NCBI GenBank assembly: GCA_031273735.1
Contig: JAISRI010000213.1
Location: 1-37,149 of the forward strand
Direction: 5' to 3'
DNA: 37,149 bases
DNA from: Helicobacteraceae bacterium
GTDB taxonomy: Bacteria; Campylobacterota; Campylobacteria; Campylobacterales; SZUA-545
The first letter of the stretch is position 1. Every line of letters starts with the position of its first letter. The position numbers were made by a program, and so were the translations under genes. Of this stretch, positions 6,098 to 15,550 are shown one piece after another. The notes below the pieces were generated by a model. It searched no databases. It was not told where the DNA came from and was given only the letters and a program-made list of their open reading frames with translations.

Positions 6098-7228
6098 ATG
6101 GCGTCCGCATTTGTCAGCTACGCGCATGAAAACGCGAGAATCGTCGCGTCGGTCGTCGATCGGCTTGCGGAAGCCGGCTATAGCGTTTGGTATGACCGCG
6201 AAATCCGCGCCAGCTCTACTTGGACGGACGAAATCGCAAGAGCGATTGACGAGTGCGAGATTTTTATCGTCTTTTTGTCGATCGAGGCGGTCGCTTCGCT
6301 ATTTGTTCAAAGCGAGATCGAATACGCTTTTCGCAGGCAAAAGAAGATTATCCCCGTCTATCTCGATCCGATCGAAAATCTACCGCCCGGACTCGCGCTT
6401 GGACTAAACAAGGTGCAAGGCGTGGTCGGAAACGGCTCCGCGTCGATCGCTAAAAAGCTATACGTCTGCCTAGAGCAAAACAATATCCCAAAATCCTCGA
6501 AGGCGAGTTTGAAAGGTTTTTTGGCGAGCGCTTTCGTTTTTGTCGCGATCGTTTCGGCGCTAAGTTTCGCGGCGTATAGATACGAAAACGAGATCGAAAG
6601 GTTTCTACAAGTCGGGCAAAAAGAGGGAAAGCCCATCGGCGCGATCGCGCTTGCAAAAACCAAATACGCTCCCGCCGAACCGATCGAAATCAGGCTAGAT
6701 AAAGCCGCGCAAAAGGGCGCGAAAGAAGGCTTCGTCTGCGAGATTATCGAAGTCGGCGCGGACAAACGCGAACCGATCGAACGCCGCGAAGGCAAATCGG
6801 CGGGCGAAAAGATCGTTTTGCGCGCGCCCGGAATAGCGGGCGAATTTGAAGCTAGAGCTTACGCCAAAAATGGCGGGACGCTACTTGCGGTTAAACGTTT
6901 CGCGGTCGCTGGAAGCGCCTCCTATTCATACAAGATCGCTACGGACAAAACGACCTATAACGCCAGCGAGAAAATCTCGATAAAACTTAGCGGGGTCAAA
7001 AGCGATTCGATCGACAAGCGCGTAACGATAGGCGTATGGCGTATATGGTCGTCTTCAAGCGAGCCGATCGAAACGAAAATCGTCGATAAGAAAAACCAAA
7101 GCGTTACGTTTTTAGCGCCTAAAGAGAGCGGACGTTATGAGATTCGAATCTATAATAACGCGGAGATTCTTACAAGCGCGACTTTGACGGCAAAAGCCCA
7201 AATAAACGTTCGTAATCTTAGAAGATAA
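6098..7228 (+). CDS. TIR-domain protein with one transmembrane helix and two C-terminal beta-rich repeat modules
   Basis: aa 3-125 fit the TIR_2 pattern (FVSYAHEN, GYSVWYD, IFIVFLS, SLFVQSEIEYA). The TM helix FLASAFVFVAIVSALSFAAY is aa 141-160. Two similar modules end in APGIAGEFEARAY and APKESGRYEIRIY. Confidence 0.8.
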   Translation: MASAFVSYAHENARIVASVVDRLAEAGYSVWYDREIRASSTWTDEIARAIDECEIFIVFLSIEAVASLFVQSEIEYAFRRQKKIIPVYLDPIENLPPGLALGLNKVQGVVGNGSASIAKKLYVCLEQNNIPKSSKASLKGFLASAFVFVAIVSALSFAAYRYENEIERFLQVGQKEGKPIGAIALAKTKYAPAEPIEIRLDKAAQKGAKEGFVCEIIEVGADKREPIERREGKSAGEKIVLRAPGIAGEFEARAYAKNGGTLLAVKRFAVAGSASYSYKIATDKTTYNASEKISIKLSGVKSDSIDKRVTIGVWRIWSSSSEPIETKIVDKKNQSVTFLAPKESGRYEIRIYNNAEILTSATLTAKAQINVRNLRR

Positions 7229-7327
7229 GGATCGAAAGCGCCCAATTCGTTTTGCGCGTTTATCAGTTACGCCCGCGCAAACTATTCATTTAGCGATAGA
7301 AAAATATTTTGCGCGTCTTTATTATTA

Positions 7328-7336
7328 TGATAGAAT
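7328..7336 (+). promoter_or_regulatory. Extended -10 element (TGATAGAAT) upstream of the DHH gene
   Basis: TGnTAGAAT lies about 100 nt upstream of the ATG at 7438, in an AT-rich tract. No good -35 is visible. Confidence 0.35.
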
Positions 7337-7437
7337 ACTTCAAATACGAGCGTTCTGAAGATAGCGAAAAACCTGAAAAATTATCGATAAAAGCTATCCG
7401 TTTGCTATCGCTAGATTAAAGAAAAGGTTGAGGGATA

Positions 7438-8913
7438 ATGACGCTTAAAGCGATCGCTCTATACGACGAAACAATCGTTCAGTGCCACGACGCTCCCGAT
7501 CCAGATACGATCGCTTGCGGATTCGCTTTATGGCGGTATTTGACCGAACGCGGCGTAAGAACGCGGCTCGTATATTCCGGCGCGAAAAAGATCGAAAAAC
7601 CAAACGTCGTTTTGATGGTCAAACTGCTGAATATTCCGCTCGAATACGTTAGCGAATTGGATCGCCCAAAACTGTTAATAACAGTAGATTGTCAATACGG
7701 CGCGGGCAACGTTACGCGCTTTGCGTGCGATCGTTTCGCGGTTTTCGACCACCATCGTTTAGAGAGCGCCGAATCCGACGATCTAGTTATTCAACCGCAA
7801 TTAGGCAGTTGTTCGACGCTTATTTGGGATCTGTTGCGAAAAGAAGGGTTTGATTTTGCCGCCAATCCGAACGTTACGACCGCGCTGGTTTATGGCTTGC
7901 TGACGGACACGCTAGAGGGCGCGGAGTCGCGCCACCCGCTCGATCGCGATTTAGCCGAGTTTGACGGCGCGGATCATACGATCATCAAGCAACTAAGAAA
8001 CTCCGCTTTGACGATCGACGAACTGCGAATCGTCGCAAACGCGCTCTCCTCGTCGCGGCAGATCGGCTCGATCGGTCTTATAAGCGCCGAAGAGTGCGAT
8101 CCCAATCTGTTGGGCTTTGCTAGCGACGTGGCTAAACAGGTCGAAAGTTTTGATTGTTGCGTCGTCTATGCGCCGCACAACGCGGGGATAAAGCTATCGA
8201 TCAGAAGTTGCGTGCGCGAAACGATGGCAAACGAGTTAGCCGTTTTTATTACCGACGAGGTTGGTAGCGGCGGCGGCAATCAGGAAAAAGCTGGCGGCTA
8301 CTTCTCTTTACGATCGATAAACGGCGGCGCGCCCGAAGATTTTATCGCCAAAAAGATCAAAGAGTATCAATCGCGCTACGATTTTATCTACGCAAACAAC
8401 CACAATATCGATCTAGCTTCGTTTCCGCGCTATCGCAAACTGCCGATACTGGTCGGTTTTGTTAAAACGACGGATATTTTTCCCGAAGGCGCGCCGATTT
8501 GCGTTCGCACTCTTGAAGGCGACGTAGATACAAAAACGCGCAAAGATATTTTTCTTATGATCGGCGTCGACGGCGAGATATATCCGATTGAAAGGTCTAA
8601 TTTTGAAAAGAGCTACGACGTTTTAAGCGATCAGTATATCTGCCGCAACGAATACGAACCGACAATCATAAACTTGCGAAGCGGCGAAAAGAGTTCTATT
8701 TTGCCGTTCGCGCAAAGTTGCTTGCCAAAAGCGCAAACAATTATCCGCGCCGCGCCGCTTAAAAAGGAAACGAAGGTTTTTACTCGTTGGGATACGGAAA
8801 AATACTTTATGGGCAGGATCGGCGACTATCTCGCCGCGCCTTGCGACGATCCAAGCGACATTTATATTATCAAACGCGATATAGCGCATAAAACATACGA
8901 GCCGCTAGACTAA
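7438..8913 (+). CDS. DHH/DHHA1-family phosphoesterase with an unassigned C-terminal domain of about 180 aa
   Basis: Motifs seen: HDAPDPDTIACG (motif I), LITVDC (II), FDHH (III, aa 103-106) and the DHHA1-like GSGGGNQEKAGG. The region aa 315-491 matches no domain I can name. Confidence 0.8.
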   Translation: MTLKAIALYDETIVQCHDAPDPDTIACGFALWRYLTERGVRTRLVYSGAKKIEKPNVVLMVKLLNIPLEYVSELDRPKLLITVDCQYGAGNVTRFACDRFAVFDHHRLESAESDDLVIQPQLGSCSTLIWDLLRKEGFDFAANPNVTTALVYGLLTDTLEGAESRHPLDRDLAEFDGADHTIIKQLRNSALTIDELRIVANALSSSRQIGSIGLISAEECDPNLLGFASDVAKQVESFDCCVVYAPHNAGIKLSIRSCVRETMANELAVFITDEVGSGGGNQEKAGGYFSLRSINGGAPEDFIAKKIKEYQSRYDFIYANNHNIDLASFPRYRKLPILVGFVKTTDIFPEGAPICVRTLEGDVDTKTRKDIFLMIGVDGEIYPIERSNFEKSYDVLSDQYICRNEYEPTIINLRSGEKSSILPFAQSCLPKAQTIIRAAPLKKETKVFTRWDTEKYFMGRIGDYLAAPCDDPSDIYIIKRDIAHKTYEPLD

Positions 8914-8917
8914 CGCT

Positions 8918-8949
8918 ATCGTTACGAAAGCGTTATCTTTCGCAACGAT
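8918..8949. terminator. Hairpin between convergent genes (possible bidirectional terminator)
   Basis: ATCGTTACGAAAG / CTTTCGCAACGAT form a 13-bp stem with one mismatch and a 6-nt loop. It lies in the 45-bp gap between stops at 8913 (+) and 8959 (-). Confidence 0.5.
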
Positions 8950-8958
8950 ACGAATTTA

Positions 8959-9546
8959 TTACTGCTTATTGATCGCCGAAACTTCGCCGGCGATTAACGC
9001 TTCTCCGTCAAACTCTACAATATGCTGATCGTTTTCGTCGAGCCTTGATTTTTTATTAAGCATATAGTCGCTACCCTCGAAAGATAGATCGTAATCGTAA
9101 AGGTGAAGCGCCACAAAACGAGATACGGGAATCGTCGTTAATCGGGCGTTGTTGTTGATCACCCTTAGCGCAGCGTGGCAGGCGACGATCTGCGACCACA
9201 CGAAACACTCCGCTTGGGCGCGAATGTAGGGGTATTCGCCGCTGACTACGCCGCTTATCGTTTCGTTGTTGATCACAATGCCGTGTTCCTTTAAGATTTT
9301 CGCCGCTTCAAAACGCGCCGCGTAGGAGTTTCTGGCGCATTCGACCGCTTTGGCGATCAGGTCTTTGTATATCTGTTGCGTGTCGTGATAGATCAGCGAC
9401 TCGATCGTTTTGTTGTCGATATAGACGCCAAACGCATCCTCTTTCAATCGAAATTTGCCGTCGTAGTCGCCCTTCGCCTGATCGGCGCGGGTCTTTAGCT
9501 TTTCTAAAAAAAGCCGCTCTGGAATATCTTCTTCTTCGTTGGACAT
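8959..9546 (-). CDS. Hypothetical protein, no recognisable domain
   Basis: 195-aa ORF with an acidic N-terminus and coding-like composition. It is convergent with the DHH gene. I recognise no motif. Confidence 0.5.
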   Translation of the reverse strand: MSNEEEDIPERLFLEKLKTRADQAKGDYDGKFRLKEDAFGVYIDNKTIESLIYHDTQQIYKDLIAKAVECARNSYAARFEAAKILKEHGIVINNETISGVVSGEYPYIRAQAECFVWSQIVACHAALRVINNNARLTTIPVSRFVALHLYDYDLSFEGSDYMLNKKSRLDENDQHIVEFDGEALIAGEVSAINKQ

Positions 9547-9590
9547 ACGCTACCTTGTAATAATTTTTAGTAATTATCGCAAAAACGCGA

Positions 9591-10436
9591 TTAAGGTCTT
9601 TCAATAGGCGTAAATTTAAAGCCGTCTTTTTCTTTAACGACCTTGCCAATACCGGGAAAAGGAATGTGCATTCCCGCGATCTGTAAGTTGGCGTTTGCCG
9701 CATAGTTGAGCAGTTTTTTGCGCGTGGAAGCCGCCAAAACGGGATCTACGTCATATACGACGCTTTGGGACGGATCGGCGGTTTGAACCTTGATCGAATG
9801 GATCAGATCGCTAACGATAAAGAGTTTTTGCCCTTTGGATTCGATCAAAAACGCGCTATGACCGGGCGTGTGTCCTTCCGCTTTGATCGTCTTGATCGCC
9901 CTCGCGATCTCTTTGTCCCACTCGAAGGTTGCGAGCCGATCGCCATAAACTTCCTGCAATGCCATAGCCGCCTTTCTGTTGTCGTCCCCGCTACCAAGCC
10001 AATAGCCAAGATCGTTTTTGGGCAAGAAAACGGCGGCGTTCTTGAACGTAGCCTTCCCGTTTTGGATCAAGCCGCCGATATGATCGCCGTGCATATGGGT
10101 AATTAGGATAATCTCGATCGAATCGAGCGCGATATTGGCTTCCTTGAGGTTGGCGAAAATATCGCCGCCCGTTCCCGTATCGATCAGTATGGTTGGAAAC
10201 CGCGTTTGCGGCGCGGACGAACGAATAACAAAAACGTTGATCGACGACGGATTTTGATTGTCCGCCAAAACCTCTTTCACAATGGGAGCGTCTGGATCTA
10301 AGAGAATCTCCTTACCCATATTTGTATCGCGATCTTTGATGGCGATCGCTTCCAAATCGCCAACTTGGTAGCGAAAAACTCCATCTGCCCCAAAGGCAAA
10401 ACCTATCGCCAACAGCCCCAATATCAACTTTTTCAT
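9591..10436 (-). CDS. Secreted MBL-fold metallo-hydrolase
   Basis: Signal peptide MKKLILGLLAIGFAFGA. The HxHxDH motif is present (ITHMHGDHIGG), with a later GHTPGH motif and downstream His/Asp ligands. Confidence 0.85.
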   Translation of the reverse strand: MKKLILGLLAIGFAFGADGVFRYQVGDLEAIAIKDRDTNMGKEILLDPDAPIVKEVLADNQNPSSINVFVIRSSAPQTRFPTILIDTGTGGDIFANLKEANIALDSIEIILITHMHGDHIGGLIQNGKATFKNAAVFLPKNDLGYWLGSGDDNRKAAMALQEVYGDRLATFEWDKEIARAIKTIKAEGHTPGHSAFLIESKGQKLFIVSDLIHSIKVQTADPSQSVVYDVDPVLAASTRKKLLNYAANANLQIAGMHIPFPGIGKVVKEKDGFKFTPIERP

Positions 10437-10749
10437 CCAAGCTCCTTTAAGTTTTGGTATTATAGAGCGTTTAAGATGAGCTTCGCGTTTGATTGGAGCT
10501 AAAACCGCGACGGATTTTAGAAAACAAACGTTGAAATAGCGCGTTTCATACTTACGATTTGTTTTAGTATAGCGTTCATAACTTTGCGCGGATCGTCGGA
10601 TCTATTTAAAACGATATACCCAGTCGCTCGAATAGTTTAATTTCATTGTTAGGCTTACTCGATCCTATGTTTGGCAAAAATCGTCCTTAAAAAAATATCT
10701 TTTTCGCCAAAACGATTTTTGCCGTAAATTGCGCCGCGATTCAAGTAAA

Positions 10750-13221
10750 TTATTCGGCGTTTTCTTCGTCTTCTTCGATCTCCTCTTTGGGGCAGTTAGC
10801 GATCGAAACGACCTTATCTTTGCCTTCGACGCGAACGATTATAACGCCGCTGGTGTTGCGTCCCGCTTTGCGGATCGTTTCCGTATCGACTCTGATCATT
10901 TTGCCTTCTCCCGTTAAAGCCATTAACTCTTTTTGCGGATCGGTTATTACGGCGCCGACAAGCGCGCCGGTTTTAGGCGTAAGTTTCATAGCGATTACGC
11001 CTTTTCCGCTACGAGATTGCAAACGATACTCGCTTGCCATCGACTGCTTTCCGATACCTTTTTCGCTTACCGTTAAAATGCTCGCGCTTTCGCTGTCTAA
11101 TAACAACGCGCCCACAACAAAATCGCCTCCGATCTTAAACTTCAGCGCCGTTACGCCCCGCGTAACTCGTCCTAACTCTCTCGCGTCGCTAATCGGAAAA
11201 CGGATACTCATCGCTTTTTCGGTGATGATAAATATCTCCTTTGTTTCCGACGTAGCGATCTGCGCCGTTACAATCTCGTCGTCCTCGTCAAGGTTGATAG
11301 CGCGAACGCCAACGTTTCGGATATTGCTGTATTCGCTTAACTTTGTGCGTTTTACAAGCCCGTTTCGCGTGAAAAACACTAACGATTTTGATTCGTCGAA
11401 ATCCGTCGTGGGAATGATCGCTTTGATCTTTTCGTCTTCGCGCAAGTTAATAAGATTTACGACGGCTTTGCCTTTCGCTCCGCGTCCCGCCTCTGGAATG
11501 CGATAAACCTTCAACCAATATAACTGCCCTTTGTTGGTAACAAACAGCAAAGTATTATGCGTGTCCGCCACAAAGAAACTTTCGATAAAGTCGTCTTCGT
11601 AGGTCGTTACGGCGAGCTTGCCTTTGCCGCCTCGATTTTGCTTTTCGTAACTCTTTAGATTAACGCGTTTGATATAGCCGCGATGGGTGATCGTAACCAC
11701 CATTGGCTCGTTGGGGATCAGATCCTCTACGTCTATATCGTCGTAATCGTCCTCGATCGTCGTTAAGCGCGGCATAGGATAACGCGCCTTGATCTCTAAA
11801 AACTCGTCTTTGATCGTTTTGTTTAGCAGTTCGTCGCTCTTTAGAATCGCGCTAAGTTTTTCGATTAACTTCAAAAGCTCTTGGTATTCGTTTTCGATCT
11901 TGTCTCGTTCGAGCCCCGTCAAACGTTGCAAACGCATTTCCAAAATCGCCTGCGCTTGTTTGTCGCTAAAACTAAAACGCTCGATCAGCGCCGCTCTAGC
12001 GCCTTCTACGTCTTTGCTTGCGCGAATCAACGCCACAATCTCGTCTATATGATCCAGCGCTATTCTAAGCCCCTCTAAAATATGCGCTCGCGCTCGCGCT
12101 TTTTCAAGATCAAAAATAGTGCGGCGAATCACGACCGTTTTGCGGTGCGCCAAAAAGATTGTAAGCGTTTGCGCTAGGTTCAAAATGCGAGGTTCTTTAT
12201 TATAGATGCCAAGCATAATGATCCCAAAAGTTACGGTCATTGTCGTCGATTTGAAGAGATTATTTAGCACGATCTCCGCCAAAGCGTCGCGTTTAAGCTC
12301 GATCGCCACGCGCATACCGTCGCGATCGGATTCGTCGCGCACCTCGCTAATGCCTTCGACCTGTTTTTCTTTAACCAATTCGTCGATCGACTTGATCAAC
12401 GCCGCTTTATTGACTTGATAGGGCAGTTCGTCGATAACGATCATTTCTTTTTTTGCGGTTTGCTCGACGTGAGTTTTAGCGCGCACTCTTATGCGCCCGC
12501 GCCCCGTTTGATACGCTTCGATTATCCCTTTTTTGCCGTAAATAATACCGCCTGTGGGAAAGTCTGGACCGGGGATAAAACTCATCAGATCGTCGCTAGT
12601 CGCGTCGGGATTATCTATAAGATAAACAAGCGCGTTGATCGTCTCTTCTAAGTTATGCGGCGGAATATTTGTCGCCATTCCCACCGCGATCCCGCCGCTA
12701 CCATTGACGAGAAGCGACGGAATACGGCTTGGCAACACGTCGGGTTCTTGAAGGCTGTCGTCGTAGTTGGGGATAAAATCCACCGTGTCTTTGTCGATGT
12801 CCGCTAACAGCTCTTCGGCGATCGCCGTCATTCGCGCTTCCGTGTAACGCATAGCCGCCGCGCTATCGCCGTCGACGCTACCAAAGTTGCCCTGCCCGTC
12901 TACCAACGGGGCGCGCATAGAGAAGCTCTGCGCCATTCGCACAAGCGCGTCATAAACCGCGGTATCGCCGTGCGGGTGATATTTACCGATCACGTCGCCC
13001 ACGATACGCGCCGATTTTTTATACGCCGTTCGCGGCGATAGGTTTAGCTCGTTCATAGCGTGGAGAATACGGCGGTGAACGGGTTTCAAGCCGTCGCGAA
13101 AGTCGGGTAGAGCGCGCCCGATAATGACGCTCATAGAGTAGTCAAGATAGCTGGTTTTTAGCGATTCTTCAATGTCGATTGGTTGTATCTCTTCAAAATT
13201 GGTGAGATCTTTGCTTGCCAC
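10750..13221 (-). CDS. gyrA: DNA gyrase subunit A
   Basis: Diagnostic sequence [29 protein letters not shown]...[20 protein letters not shown]...[10 protein letters not shown], plus a C-terminal beta-pinwheel region. I place the start at GTG 13221 ([20 protein letters not shown]), which gives 823 aa. The 907-aa ORF in the track has an unconserved 84-aa extension that overlaps a divergent gene. Confidence 0.93.
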   Translation of the reverse strand: MASKDLTNFEEIQPIDIEESLKTSYLDYSMSVIIGRALPDFRDGLKPVHRRILHAMNELNLSPRTAYKKSARIVGDVIGKYHPHGDTAVYDALVRMAQSFSMRAPLVDGQGNFGSVDGDSAAAMRYTEARMTAIAEELLADIDKDTVDFIPNYDDSLQEPDVLPSRIPSLLVNGSGGIAVGMATNIPPHNLEETINALVYLIDNPDATSDDLMSFIPGPDFPTGGIIYGKKGIIEAYQTGRGRIRVRAKTHVEQTAKKEMIVIDELPYQVNKAALIKSIDELVKEKQVEGISEVRDESDRDGMRVAIELKRDALAEIVLNNLFKSTTMTVTFGIIMLGIYNKEPRILNLAQTLTIFLAHRKTVVIRRTIFDLEKARARAHILEGLRIALDHIDEIVALIRASKDVEGARAALIERFSFSDKQAQAILEMRLQRLTGLERDKIENEYQELLKLIEKLSAILKSDELLNKTIKDEFLEIKARYPMPRLTTIEDDYDDIDVEDLIPNEPMVVTITHRGYIKRVNLKSYEKQNRGGKGKLAVTTYEDDFIESFFVADTHNTLLFVTNKGQLYWLKVYRIPEAGRGAKGKAVVNLINLREDEKIKAIIPTTDFDESKSLVFFTRNGLVKRTKLSEYSNIRNVGVRAINLDEDDEIVTAQIATSETKEIFIITEKAMSIRFPISDARELGRVTRGVTALKFKIGGDFVVGALLLDSESASILTVSEKGIGKQSMASEYRLQSRSGKGVIAMKLTPKTGALVGAVITDPQKELMALTGEGKMIRVDTETIRKAGRNTSGVIIVRVEGKDKVVSIANCPKEEIEEDEENAE

Positions 13222-13281
13222 GAAACGCCTTAGTTGGATTTTGAAACGTATTTTAACAGGAGGCTGGTTAAGATATAGATA

Positions 13282-13494
13282 ATGGAACGGATCGATTGCC
13301 GTAAATGCCGCCATTTTAAGATCACATGGGAGAACGCCCGCCCTTACGCCTGCGCGTTTTTCGGTTTCAAAGACGCCCAGATTCCTAGCGCGACGGTGCG
13401 CGAAAGTAGCGGGTTTCCCTGCCGCGAGTTCGCGCCAAAACCCACGAATGGCGGGCGAAAAGAGGAGAAACAAGAGAGAGGATTTAGAGCTTAA
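13282..13494 (+). CDS. Small Cys-containing protein (70 aa), function unknown
   Basis: [31 protein letters not shown]...SSGFPCREF. It has a CxxC pair plus two more Cys and ends 7 nt before truB. It looks like a small conserved protein of Campylobacterota, but that is recollection only. Confidence 0.5.
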   Translation: MERIDCRKCRHFKITWENARPYACAFFGFKDAQIPSATVRESSGFPCREFAPKPTNGGRKEEKQERGFRA

Positions 13495-13500
13495 ACGAAA

Positions 13501-14334
13501 ATGAATCGCCTATTTGTCGCAAAAAAACCGCTTTTTGTCGGTTCAAATAGTTATTTGTCGCGGCTAAAGAGGCGCTACGGCGTTAAAAGCGCGGGCTTTT
13601 CGGGCGTATTAGACCCCTGCGCCAAAGGCGCCCTGATCGTCGCGTTCGGGCGGTATTCGCGCCTTTTTTCATACCTCGCCAAAACGCCTAAACGATACAG
13701 AGCTACACTGTGGCTTGGCGCGCAAAGCCCCTCGCTCGATATAGAAAAAATCGCTCGAATAACCGCCGCGCCGCGTTTGGAAACCGCGTCGATCGCGGGC
13801 GTTTTTAGCGAGTTTTTAGGCGAGATCGAACAGCTTCCGCCCGCTTTTAGCGCGATCAAAATAGACGGGCAAAGAGCGTATAAATTAGCGCGAAAAGGCG
13901 AAGAGGTCGATATTAAGCCGCGAAAAGTTACGATTTACGATTTACGGCTAATCGCTTATAACAATCCGTTTTTATCTTTTGAGTGCACGGTAAGCGAGGG
14001 CGCTTATATACGATCGCTCGGACGCGATATTGCTACGAAACTCGGTTGCGAGGGATCGTTAAGCTATTTAGAGCGTCTTAGCGAAGGGCGTTTTACTTAC
14101 GATGGCGAAAAGCCTCTTGATCCGCTAAAATATATCGATCTGCCCCGCAATTTTTACGCAAAAGATCATAGCGAACTTTTCGTGGGTAAAAAGCTAGATA
14201 TATCCTCTTTTAGCGTTCAAATGGACGGCGATTATTTAATCGAAAGCAAAGAGTTTTTTACGATCGTTAATATCGAAAACGGCGCGATCTCATACAAGAT
14301 CGCCCGAATGGATCTAGCCGATCTTAGCGCGTAA
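13501..14334 (+). CDS. truB: tRNA pseudouridine(55) synthase
   Basis: 277 aa with the [19 protein letters not shown] catalytic-Asp motif. It also has ...[22 protein letters not shown]....R.V.IY and EGAYIRSL. Confidence 0.88.
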   Translation: MNRLFVAKKPLFVGSNSYLSRLKRRYGVKSAGFSGVLDPCAKGALIVAFGRYSRLFSYLAKTPKRYRATLWLGAQSPSLDIEKIARITAAPRLETASIAGVFSEFLGEIEQLPPAFSAIKIDGQRAYKLARKGEEVDIKPRKVTIYDLRLIAYNNPFLSFECTVSEGAYIRSLGRDIATKLGCEGSLSYLERLSEGRFTYDGEKPLDPLKYIDLPRNFYAKDHSELFVGKKLDISSFSVQMDGDYLIESKEFFTIVNIENGAISYKIARMDLADLSA

Positions 14335-14426
14335 TACATCAACCCGTTTGCGATTTTTTGATCCTTTTGGATTTTCGTCTAATCCGAACGATCGGCGGCT
14401 TTATCGCATTTTCTCTAAAATACTTT

Positions 14427-14822
14427 ATGGCTTTAATTAAACGCGCCGGATTTTGGGCTAGATTTACCGCGTCAATCGTCGATATTTTTATGATCGTCGT
14501 TCCGCTTACTTTCGTTATCCACCAAACGATCGGCTTTGAAGAAAAGCCGCTGATCGCGTGGCTTGCGCTCGTTGCGGCTTACGGCGCGATCGTTCTTTGG
14601 TTCTGGACGCGCAAAGGCTACACGCCCGGCAAAAAATATATGCGCCTGATCGTTTTAAGCGAAAAAACGAATAAAACAATCTATTTTCCGCAAGCCTGCT
14701 GGCGTTTTATTTGCGAATGCGTTAGTTTTTTTAGCGTGATCGGCGTTTTGCTTCCCGCTTTTCGCAAGGATAAAAAAACGCTCCACGATCTACTTAGCGC
14801 CTCTTACGTCGCCCGTTTGTAG
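14427..14822 (+). CDS. RDD-family membrane protein
   Basis: AGFWARFTASIVDIFMIV, three hydrophobic helices and a C-terminal KKTLHDLLSASYV fit the RDD pattern. I prefer ATG 14427 over the TTG at 14358 given in the track. Confidence 0.6.
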   Translation: MALIKRAGFWARFTASIVDIFMIVVPLTFVIHQTIGFEEKPLIAWLALVAAYGAIVLWFWTRKGYTPGKKYMRLIVLSEKTNKTIYFPQACWRFICECVSFFSVIGVLLPAFRKDKKTLHDLLSASYVARL

Positions 14823-14824
14823 GT

Positions 14825-15205
14825 CTATATGCGAAACTCCTGCTGCGCCCTTTTGCAACGCAACAGCGATTCTTTGATATTGCGGATCATACTTGCCGAC
14901 GCATAGGGCAGAAGACTCATAATCTCGCGCCCTTCCTTACTAAGGGCGGTATCGACGCCAAAAGAGTTTTCCACCTCCTCGCTAAACAGCTCGTTCTCAT
15001 TGACTCCAAGAACCCGCGCTATGTATGGGATTAGCTCCACCCTAAGCTCTCTAGCGCCGTTAAGATAGTGGTAAATGCTGGATCTGGAAGGCGTTTCGCC
15101 GGTGCTGTTTAGACGCGGTTCTAGCTCCATAAGCGCCTGCGCAAACTGCGACTTGCTTATGCCCCGATCGGCTATCAGCGCGTTGATTTTATCGACGACG
15201 TTCAT
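14825..15205 (-). CDS. XRE-family helix-turn-helix transcriptional regulator
   Basis: 126 aa. INALIADRGISKSQFAQAL...SIYHYLNGARELRVELIPYIARVLGVNENELF fits an HTH_3-like pattern. Confidence 0.7.
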   Translation of the reverse strand: MNVVDKINALIADRGISKSQFAQALMELEPRLNSTGETPSRSSIYHYLNGARELRVELIPYIARVLGVNENELFSEEVENSFGVDTALSKEGREIMSLLPYASASMIRNIKESLLRCKRAQQEFRI

Positions 15206-15367
15206 AACAATGCGTATCCAAGATGTTAAAAATTATCCAAATTATCAGCAATGTTTAAGGTCAAGAAGTGTATACTTATACAAGAAGTATTCAAAGGGGG
15301 AGAGCAAAGTGGCGGAAAAACAAAGAGCGGACGCGATAGACGCGTCATTTGACGGAAAGTGGCGACG

Positions 15368-15550
15368 ATGAGCGTTATTGAAAAAGCGTCGGTCGTCGGT
15401 TTTTGGTTTGGTTTAGCCATGACGTTACTTGCGTTTATAAATTCACGCAACTTGATAGAGTCTCTTTTGGCAGGCTTTGTGTTTTTTATAGTCATAACGG
15501 TTATAGCCGCCATTATATTGGCGATCAAAAACGCGTTCGAGCAAACGTAA
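15368..15550 (+). CDS. Small two-TM membrane protein (60 aa from ATG 15368; 63 aa from GTG 15359)
   Basis: It has two hydrophobic helices (VVGFWFGLAMTLLAFI and LLAGFVFFIVITVIAAIILAI). It is divergent from the XRE gene. The ATG overlaps the TGA of a 20-codon upstream ORF. Confidence 0.4.
   Translation: MSVIEKASVVGFWFGLAMTLLAFINSRNLIESLLAGFVFFIVITVIAAIILAIKNAFEQT

Noticed and set aside
6358-6795. 145-aa ORF antisense to the TIR gene (also 6087-6453 in alternative plus frames)
   Set aside because: These are shadow frames of a gene with clear TIR motifs. They have Arg/Ser-rich composition and no start context.
9308-9703. 131-aa ORF bridging the hypothetical gene and the MBL gene
   Set aside because: It overlaps two better-supported ORFs on the same strand in another frame, and its content is very basic and low-complexity.
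10787-11506. 239-aa ORF antisense to gyrA (and similar antisense ORFs at 11789-12651)
   Set aside because: It lies fully inside a confidently identified gene on the other strand. Its Ser/Ile/Leu-rich composition is typical of shadow frames.
13222-13473. 84-codon N-terminal extension of the gyrA ORF
   Set aside because: It has no GyrA-like sequence and overlaps a better-looking divergent small gene. An in-frame GTG at 13221 gives a canonical N-terminus.
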